Source of the DNA: an uncultured virus (IMG/VR IMGVR_UViG_3300042934_000632)
Lineage: Duplodnaviria > Heunggongvirae > Uroviricota > Caudoviricetes
IMG/VR virus record: IMGVR_UViG_3300042934_000632
Direction: 5' to 3' (one strand)
Length of the DNA stretch: 20,000 nt
Each line of letters starts with the position of its first letter. Position 1 is the stretch's first letter. The position numbers were made by a program, and so were the translations under genes. This document shows positions 1 through 5,608 of the stretch, in pieces. Under the pieces are notes generated by a model that saw nothing but the letters and a program-made list of their open reading frames with translations, ran no database searches and was not told where the DNA came from.

Positions 1-340
1 GACTCAACTTGATAGCCAAGACCCTGCCTATGTTGCCGAGTTGGAGAACATGCTTGATAATACCCTGAAGGAAAGAGACCAGGCACGTAAGGAAAAAGAA
101 GACGCCTTATTCGAAGTTGCAGTTCTTAAAGAACAGCTGCGTAGCTCTAATGGCATTTCCGACATTGACCTGCATGAACTGTATCGTGTTCGTAACTCAA
201 TCTTGGATGAAATGGAACGGTATATTTACACTCCAGGATGGAAGAAACAACCGTCTGCTGAAAGTTTCAGAAAAGCTATAACTTCTAAACTGGATAGCAT
301 CTTTGATAAGATCTCGCCTAAAGAAGAAACAGCTGTCTAA
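1..340 (+). CDS. Hypothetical phage protein with coiled-coil N-terminal part, probably truncated by the left window edge
   Basis: The frame of ORF 41..340 stays open back to position 2. It has a heptad-like segment (LKERDQARKEKEDALFEVAVLKEQL) and stops at TAA 338-340. Confidence 0.7.
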   Translation, partial: TQLDSQDPAYVAELENMLDNTLKERDQARKEKEDALFEVAVLKEQLRSSNGISDIDLHELYRVRNSILDEMERYIYTPGWKKQPSAESFRKAITSKLDSIFDKISPKEETAV

Positions 341-377
341 TCGTGCGACTAAAATAATTTCATGGGGGAATCGTTTA

Positions 378-845
378 ATGCATGAGCTTCACTACTTGCC
401 AATTCATATCAAGTTTTTGAGTAACTATAAAGGGCCAAAGGAAGGTCCTAAGTATGGGTCTGATCTGGCCGCTGCATTTGACTTTAATGCAGGGATTGAA
501 GGGGTAATTGAAATTGCACCAGGAGAAACAAAGTTGATCCCCGCGGGGTTCTCTCTGGCCCTACCAGCTAGTATTGCGCTACTCCCTGTCCCTCGATCTG
601 GATTGGCACTTAAATTCCAGGTGGGCGTTGGTAATAGTCCAGGTGTTGTAGATGCTGACTACAGAGGTGAAGTTGGTATTATCGTACAAAACCTTGGTAG
701 CGCAGTATTTACTGTATACCCAGGTGATCGTATCGCTCAAGGACTCTTGGTGGATACGTACCGAGCTCAGTGGCTTGAAGTTGATGAGCTTCCTGAAACA
801 GAACGAGGCTCTGGCGGATTCGGTTCAACAGGTGTACAAGCTTAG
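378..845 (+). CDS. dut: Trimeric dUTPase (deoxyuridine 5'-triphosphate nucleotidohydrolase)
   Basis: All five dUTPase motifs are present: AAFDF, PRSGLA, GVVDADYRGE, GDRIAQ and RGSGGFGSTG. Start placed at ATG 378 behind a GGGGGA RBS (364-369) rather than at the track start 303. Confidence 0.96.
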   Translation: MHELHYLPIHIKFLSNYKGPKEGPKYGSDLAAAFDFNAGIEGVIEIAPGETKLIPAGFSLALPASIALLPVPRSGLALKFQVGVGNSPGVVDADYRGEVGIIVQNLGSAVFTVYPGDRIAQGLLVDTYRAQWLEVDELPETERGSGGFGSTGVQA

Positions 846-874
846 TTGACCTAAGCGTTACTCTTTGATAGAAT
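846..874 (+). promoter_or_regulatory. Sigma-A-type promoter with extended -10
   Basis: TTGACC (846-851), 17-nt spacer, TG at 866-867, TAGAAT (869-874). The -35 sits at the centre of the inverted repeat GCTTAG-TTGAC-CTAAGC (840-856). Confidence 0.65.
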
Positions 875-892
875 GAAAGACCAGGTTTGAGT

Positions 893-935
893 AGGTGCTA
901 TCGGGTGAACCAATCACCTTGTAGCACCTTTTTTT
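893..935 (+). terminator. Intrinsic (rho-independent) terminator
   Basis: Outer stem AGGTGCTA (893-900)/TAGCACCT (922-929), inner stem GGTGA/TCACC, loop ACCAA, followed by a T run to 935. Confidence 0.8.
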
Positions 936-949
936 ATAGAAAGGAGTCA

Positions 950-1126
950 ATGAAAATGAGAGAAATGAATATCAAGCCTTTAAGATGTGAGGTTCTTCGT
1001 CAGCAACTTTGGGAAATCCAGTTCGCTGAAGACCCTGCAAAACATGTCGCTAAACTTGCAAGGGTATTAGAGGAAATTATTGATATGATTGACCCATTAC
1101 CTGGTGCGCCAAAGGAGGAAGTATGA
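950..1126 (+). CDS. Small hypothetical protein (~58 aa)
   Basis: AAGGAG RBS (941-946) before ATG 950 (alternative ATG 956). The track's upstream start 887 lies just upstream of the terminator hairpin and would read through it, so it is unlikely. Confidence 0.7.
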   Translation: MKMREMNIKPLRCEVLRQQLWEIQFAEDPAKHVAKLARVLEEIIDMIDPLPGAPKEEV

Positions 1127-1440
1127 TGTTTGATCTTCGAAACGACTTTAAAACAAGACTTAATCTGCCTGATGATACAAGTTTTAGTTTTAAAGAAATT
1201 CGATTATATGAAAAAATTGATTGGTGGACTAAAAAATTTAAAAATGGTGATGAAACCAAAGCTATTGACTTGAAAAACCTTCTTGATACAAAACATGAAT
1301 ATGATACTAGCATACTGTTATTGAAAGATCTTCTCAATGATTATGTTAATCACGGTAAATATGAAGAAGTTTCTAACGTTGTTACCCGTATGAAAATACT
1401 TGAACATCGCTGGAATTGTTTTAATATGATCCAAATTTAA
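1123..1440 (+). CDS. Hypothetical protein (105 aa)
   Basis: AGGAGG RBS and ATGA overlap with the upstream stop. No family recognised. Confidence 0.75.
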   Translation: MMFDLRNDFKTRLNLPDDTSFSFKEIRLYEKIDWWTKKFKNGDETKAIDLKNLLDTKHEYDTSILLLKDLLNDYVNHGKYEEVSNVVTRMKILEHRWNCFNMIQI

Positions 1441-1453
1441 AGGAGGAAATATA

Positions 1454-1642
1454 ATGTTTGGGCAAAAGAAAAAAAAGGTTGAGAATGCATACACTCTTGT
1501 AATTGATTGGGACAAGGTAAAGACGGTAGAAGATATGACGTCTATCCTAAGACTGATACACCCATTTTCTTTTATCGTTCTTAACGAAGAAGCAGCTGAA
1601 AAAGGTCGTATACTTCATCTTACGAAAAAAGTAATAAAATAG
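1454..1642 (+). CDS. Small hypothetical protein (62 aa)
   Basis: AGGAGG RBS at 1441-1446 and co-oriented packing. Confidence 0.7.
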   Translation: MFGQKKKKVENAYTLVIDWDKVKTVEDMTSILRLIHPFSFIVLNEEAAEKGRILHLTKKVIK

Positions 1643-1652
1643 GAGGCACCAT

Positions 1653-2852
1653 ATGATTCCACAAAAGTTTGTTGAAGAGCTTAAGAGCAAGATTAACATC
1701 CTTGATGTCGCTTCTAGCTACTTTGACATTGAGAAATCTGGATCGGTTTATCAGGCTTACTGCCTCCATGGAGATAAGAATACAAAGTCTTTAACGTTTT
1801 TTCCTGAAACGAATACCTTCCATTGTTTTGGATGCGGTGCGGGTTCAAAGCAGGTTACAGACGGATCAGATATTGTATCCTTCATGATGTGGGTAGAGAA
1901 ATGTAACTTTCCAGAGGCTGTAGAGAAACTTGCAGCTCTAGGTGGAGTCGAGGTTCCTCAGAAAGATTTGAATGCAGAAGAAAAGAAGCGGCAAACGATG
2001 CTGTTCAAAACACTTCAAGAAAATCGACAGTATTATAACACTCTACGTGGTAATGAGGAGATGCTTAAGTATCTCTGGGGACGTGGTATTGGGAATATGG
2101 AGATCGAGAAATGGAGAATCGGATACGTCGGCAAGGACGATGTCACCAAGGCAGCAGGACGTATTGCTTTTGCGATCATGGATAGCTGGGGAGATACAGT
2201 TGGATTCTCTTATCGAAACATGGAATCCTACATACCCTCTGCGGACAATCCAGATACGGGTCCGAAGTATATTAACTCTCCGAAGTCAGCCCTATTCGAC
2301 AAGGGAGCGATCCTGTACGGACTGAACTTTATCAAGAAGATGATCCGCGAGAGGGATTATGTAGTCATCGTAGAGGGGTTCGGCGATGCGATCATTGGTC
2401 AGAAATATGACTGTCCATTTGTAGGCCTCATGGGGACCTCGTTAACTCAGGCTCATTTGGATCTACTTAGCCTCTATACTAAGAACATTTATGTCTGGTT
2501 TGACGGTGATGCTGGAGGACTGAATGCATCTCTTCGTCATATCGACGCGCTACGTTCCAGAGGTTTCTTGGTTAAAGTTATCTACACACCGAATAATGAT
2601 CCTGATGATGTCATTCAGGGTGTTGGTTCTGATCTTGAAGAATGGATTATGGATAACGCTATTCTTGCAGGACAATTTCAGATCAATCTCATCATGAATA
2701 AGCACAATTCGGCGATGACAGAACAGAAAATCAAAACAGTTTCTCTCATTAAAAATCTGCTTGCTGGAATCTCTGATGGACACGAGAAAGAAATCTACTG
2801 TAATCAGGTTGCTGAACATTTGGGTGTAGATCCAATCACTTTAAGGAGGTAG
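1653..2852 (+). CDS. dnaG: DnaG-type DNA primase (CHC2 zinc finger plus TOPRIM)
   Basis: N-terminal 'MIPQKFVEELKSKINILDV', zinc-binding CLH...FHCFGCGAG, PKYINSP, LYGL, TOPRIM VEGFGD and FDGDAGG, and DPDD. AGGAGG RBS. Confidence 0.96.
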   Translation: MIPQKFVEELKSKINILDVASSYFDIEKSGSVYQAYCLHGDKNTKSLTFFPETNTFHCFGCGAGSKQVTDGSDIVSFMMWVEKCNFPEAVEKLAALGGVEVPQKDLNAEEKKRQTMLFKTLQENRQYYNTLRGNEEMLKYLWGRGIGNMEIEKWRIGYVGKDDVTKAAGRIAFAIMDSWGDTVGFSYRNMESYIPSADNPDTGPKYINSPKSALFDKGAILYGLNFIKKMIRERDYVVIVEGFGDAIIGQKYDCPFVGLMGTSLTQAHLDLLSLYTKNIYVWFDGDAGGLNASLRHIDALRSRGFLVKVIYTPNNDPDDVIQGVGSDLEEWIMDNAILAGQFQINLIMNKHNSAMTEQKIKTVSLIKNLLAGISDGHEKEIYCNQVAEHLGVDPITLRR

Positions 2853-2856
2853 AGAT

Positions 2857-3144
2857 ATGAAACGAACTAAAACAAAAATTAAACTGGAGAAGCTGGATGA
2901 TCTGGCTTCTTCTATTATTTTTTATACTCAAGGTGATCGAAAATATTTCACAGAAAAACACCTTGAAGGGTATAGATTTAAAGCAGGCGCAAACTTTCAA
3001 ACTCTTATTGATTTGGGTTTTAGAGCTCGTAAGCATGGTGGGTTTAAGTTTGAGCGTGAAGTTTCTTATGTTCGAGCAGAGTTAGAGCAATATATTGAAC
3101 CGTTAAGAGTTAGGGATCGATGGTTCTTCCCCTGGAATTCATGA
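2857..3144 (+). CDS. Hypothetical basic protein (95 aa)
   Basis: AAGGAGG RBS inside the primase 3' end. No family recognised. Confidence 0.7.
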   Translation: MKRTKTKIKLEKLDDLASSIIFYTQGDRKYFTEKHLEGYRFKAGANFQTLIDLGFRARKHGGFKFEREVSYVRAELEQYIEPLRVRDRWFFPWNS

Positions 3145-3145
3145 C

Positions 3146-3406
3146 ATGGATGCTCCAAAATTCAACGTAAGGGATGAGGTTGTTGTCACTTTTCCTGACG
3201 GATCTAGGATCAGAGGGAAAATATATCCTATTCCTGGGGCTTTTTTAAATGAGAAAGGCTACCTCGTGCTATATGAACATACAAGATTTTATATTGAAAA
3301 TGGGAAACGTTATTTCACAAGCGGAGCAAGACACCCTGAGTATATGATCACTTTATTCATAGAGAACAATGACTACTACCACCTTCAACTCGACGACCTG
3401 GAATAG
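3146..3406 (+). CDS. Hypothetical protein (86 aa), possibly an SH3-like beta barrel
   Basis: Starts 1 nt after the previous stop. The N-terminus 'PKFNVRDEVVV...RGKI' is typical of small phage SH3-like proteins (inference). Confidence 0.6.
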   Translation: MDAPKFNVRDEVVVTFPDGSRIRGKIYPIPGAFLNEKGYLVLYEHTRFYIENGKRYFTSGARHPEYMITLFIENNDYYHLQLDDLE

Positions 3407-3412
3407 CAAACA

Positions 3413-3441
3413 TTGCCAAATTCCATGATATGTTATATAAT
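3413..3441 (+). promoter_or_regulatory. Sigma-A-type promoter for the 3D-domain gene
   Basis: TTGCCA (3413-3418), 17 nt, TATAAT (3436-3441), in an intergenic gap. Confidence 0.8.
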
Positions 3442-3515
3442 TCATCTAGTATATGGGTGTGTTTTAAATAGATTGCAATCCTTGAGACGACCAATGAAAT
3501 AAGGAGGACGCATGA

Positions 3516-4292
3516 ATGGGTTCTAAGCATTCAGGGCGAGCCTATCGTTTCCTTGTACCTATTGTGATTATTGTAGTTCTATTAATTGCATGGGGCACTA
3601 GAGAACATAGTCTAAGCCAGAAGCACCAGTCTACGATCTCTTCCCTTAAATCAGAACTAAGTAGCAAGGGTCAGGTTATTGAGAATAAGAATATCCTCAT
3701 TCAGCAGAAACAAGCTGAACTTGATCTCCAGTCTTCGCTGCTGGAACAACAGCAAAAGAAGCTAGACAAAAGACAGGCTATTATCGAGCTGAATATTAAG
3801 GAGGCGCAAGTCTCCGATAATAAGATCGAAGCTCAAAAGAAGACTATCAATCAATTGCAAAAGAAGTTGTCTTCGGAACAGTCCAATACCAGTTTGAAAG
3901 CCAAGCCAACCACTGTAAATGCTACTACAGTCTCGGCAAAAGCATCAGGAAGCTTTCAATCTGGATGGACTGCAACTTACTATTCGCTAAGCGTGGCTTC
4001 CACTGGGAAGAGACCAGGTCACCCTGGCTACGGAATCACGGCTAGCGGACGTAAGGTAGTAGACGGTGTTACGATTGCCGTTGATCCACGATACATTCCT
4101 TTGGGAACTTGGATCGAAATTAAAATGCCTAACGGCGAAGTCATCAAACGAAGAGCCGACGATACAGGCTCCGCCATTAAAGGACATAAGCTAGATATTT
4201 ATGTGGCTGGCGTCAGTGACTCATACATCTATCAAGAACTTGGTAAGAAACAAATCTCTATCCGTATTCTCGGAAAGGGAGAACTGAACTAA
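3516..4292 (+). CDS. Membrane-anchored coiled-coil protein with a C-terminal 3D (Asp-Asp-Asp) domain; YocH/Sps-like peptidoglycan lytic transglycosylase
   Basis: N-terminal hydrophobic helix (FLVPIVIIVVLLIAW), long Q/K/E coiled coil, and 3D-domain motifs TATYY, GITASG, IAVDPRYIPLGT and ADDTGSAIKGHKLDIY. AAGGAGG RBS. Confidence 0.92.
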   Translation: MGSKHSGRAYRFLVPIVIIVVLLIAWGTREHSLSQKHQSTISSLKSELSSKGQVIENKNILIQQKQAELDLQSSLLEQQQKKLDKRQAIIELNIKEAQVSDNKIEAQKKTINQLQKKLSSEQSNTSLKAKPTTVNATTVSAKASGSFQSGWTATYYSLSVASTGKRPGHPGYGITASGRKVVDGVTIAVDPRYIPLGTWIEIKMPNGEVIKRRADDTGSAIKGHKLDIYVAGVSDSYIYQELGKKQISIRILGKGELN

Positions 4293-4324
4293 AAATCTGT
4301 AAAAATATACTAGACGCTCTGGGA

Positions 4325-4354
4325 TTGCGTTACTTTGTACTGCTGCGATATAAT
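4325..4354 (+). promoter_or_regulatory. Sigma-A-type promoter for the candidate sRNA
   Basis: TTGCGT (4325-4330), 18 nt, TATAAT (4349-4354). Confidence 0.6.
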
Positions 4355-4357
4355 GTT

Positions 4358-4450
4358 GGTATAGCGAGAACACACCCTCTCGCTGTGCCGATCTGTGGTT
4401 GCAACCAGCAGAACAGCATCAAGGGTTTCTCACTAGAGAGCCCTTTTTGT
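4358..4450 (+). ncRNA. Candidate ~90-nt small RNA with three hairpins
   Basis: Promoter immediately upstream. Hairpin 1 is a 12-bp stem (4358-4369/4378-4389) with loop ACACACCC. Hairpin 2 spans 4392-4412 around the palindrome TGGTTGCAACCA. A terminator hairpin at 4421-4445 is followed by a T tract. No credible ORF or RBS. Confidence 0.6.
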
Positions 4451-4452
4451 TT
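4421..4452 (+). terminator. Intrinsic terminator
   Basis: AAGGGTTTCTC-ACTA-GAGAGCCCTT hairpin (one bulge, one G-U) running into TTTTTGTTT. Confidence 0.75.
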
Positions 4453-4463
4453 GTAAATTTTTG

Positions 4464-4492
4464 AAGACGTATATAGAAATATAAGGTATAAT
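4464..4492 (+). promoter_or_regulatory. Possible promoter for the brfA-like/rSAM transcription unit
   Basis: Perfect TATAAT at 4487-4492 in an AT-rich gap after a terminator. The -35 is weak (AAGACG at 17-nt spacing). Confidence 0.45.
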
Positions 4493-4525
4493 ACTGTTAC
4501 TACCATAACACGGAGGTTATGAACC

Positions 4526-4708
4526 ATGGCAAAAAGCAGTGCAAGAAAGAAGAGAGAACATAGGGTGCGACAAGGAAAATTAAATCCTGAGAATTCCAGA
4601 GGCAGTTGGAATGGTGTTATGCCTGTGACTAAGGTGAAACCAAACAAGAAAAAAGATCACCGCTTTGGTGATTATGATCGAGCTTACAACATTGTTGTAG
4701 GTTGGTAA
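4526..4708 (+). CDS. brfA: Small basic protein resembling Bacillus ribosome rescue factor BrfA (YqkK)
   Basis: The N-terminus MAKSSARKKREHRVRQGKLNPENSRGS aligns without gaps to B. subtilis BrfA as I recall it (MAKSQAKKKRGHRLRNGGRDVLLSRGS). 60 aa, Lys/Arg-rich, GGAGG RBS at 4512-4516. Confidence 0.7.
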   Translation: MAKSSARKKREHRVRQGKLNPENSRGSWNGVMPVTKVKPNKKKDHRFGDYDRAYNIVVGW

Positions 4709-4733
4709 ATAATCATGAGAGAGGAGACCAACA

Positions 4734-5051
4734 ATGTGGTGTAGAATCATGGAGAACACGGAGAATCCTTCTAATATCTTTGAATTTGAAAGCAACAATG
4801 ATTTAATTGTTCATTATACCGTATCGAAAGAAACAAGCACTCCAGTTGTTGAGATTACAAAGTTAGCTACTATTGAAAATAGACTGGAAACATGTGCTAT
4901 TAGTCTTATCAAAAATGAAATTCAGATCCACCTATATACAGGAGAACAGTTATTCAGAGTTTGCGTAGGTGGAATCAGAAGATTCATGTTGTTTGAGCAT
5001 AATGATACAGTTCATGAACGACTAATTATTGATGTAACGAAAGACTTGTAG
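4734..5051 (+). CDS. Hypothetical protein (105 aa)
   Basis: GAGAGGAG RBS; fills the gap between the brfA-like gene and the repeat protein. No family recognised. Confidence 0.65.
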   Translation: MWCRIMENTENPSNIFEFESNNDLIVHYTVSKETSTPVVEITKLATIENRLETCAISLIKNEIQIHLYTGEQLFRVCVGGIRRFMLFEHNDTVHERLIIDVTKDL

Positions 5052-5062
5052 GAGGAGTAGAA

Positions 5063-5593
5063 ATGGCCGTACCAGGCAGCCTGTGGGTTCAAGGGACCCA
5101 GCTTCGTTTTACGAGTCAAAGCGGAGTCAACTTTGCATATGAAGGTACTTATAGTAGCTCGCCTGCTGGAGCTAAACCAGGCAGCTCATGGATCGAAGGC
5201 GATAACTTCGCTTATATCGACCAGTATGGTTCTAAAAGACTCGTTATTAATTATACTGCTACTAATATTCCCGCCGCAGTTGCAGGCAGCTTATGGATTT
5301 ATGGCAATTATCTTTATTGGATTAACACTAATAAGAATAAAACCTACGGACATGGAGATGCAACTCATCAGAATACAAGCTATAATGATGGTAGTTATAA
5401 CGATTATAATAATTCATCAACATCCCATGGTGATTCTACGGTAACTTTCCAAGATTCGCCGACACATGGTAATCATGTACCCTACCATGCGGACTGGCCT
5501 GCTTCACATACGGATAGCTATAACTATCAAGATACACACAACAATAGCTACCATACGGATACTCCACATGCTGATTATCCTATTCAAGTGTAG
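5063..5593 (+). CDS. Repeat protein and putative radical-SAM substrate: three N-terminal A-x-(P/A)-G-S-x-W repeats plus a C-terminal tail with 14 (H/Y/F)-X-(D/N) motifs
   Basis: AGGAGGAG RBS. N-terminal repeats start at residues 2, 37 and 72 (35-aa period). The tail from His97 contains HGD, HQN, YND, YND, YNN, HGD, FQD, HGN, HAD, HTD, YQD, HNN, HTD and HAD. It lies directly upstream of a SPASM radical SAM gene. Confidence 0.85.
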   Translation: MAVPGSLWVQGTQLRFTSQSGVNFAYEGTYSSSPAGAKPGSSWIEGDNFAYIDQYGSKRLVINYTATNIPAAVAGSLWIYGNYLYWINTNKNKTYGHGDATHQNTSYNDGSYNDYNNSSTSHGDSTVTFQDSPTHGNHVPYHADWPASHTDSYNYQDTHNNSYHTDTPHADYPIQV

Positions 5594-5608
5594 GGAGGAG
5601 AGAACACA

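Noticed and set aside
1653..1845. Primase zinc finger reads C-L-H rather than the usual C-P-F-H, suggesting a defect
   Set aside because: All four zinc ligands are retained and the ORF is intact. This is most likely ordinary phage divergence.
4358..4450. tRNA
   Set aside because: No cloverleaf, acceptor stem, TTCG T-loop or CCA end. The structure is three sequential hairpins.
5133..5444. Alternative-frame hydrophobic ORF (103 aa) inside the repeat protein gene
   Set aside because: The Ile/Leu/Met richness is a frame-shift by-product of the Asn/Tyr/Asp codons (AAT, TAT, GAT) of the real gene. It has no RBS.
5351..5593. CRISPR array, DGR variable repeat or DNA tandem repeat as the source of the repetitive tail
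   Set aside because: Only short DNA matches are present (e.g. CATACGGATA twice). There is no fixed repeat-spacer period, and no template repeat or reverse transcriptase in the window.
5351..5593. HxH iron-binding tail-fibre tip motif (T4 gp37-like)
   Set aside because: The motifs are H-x-D/N and Y-x-D, not paired H-x-H.
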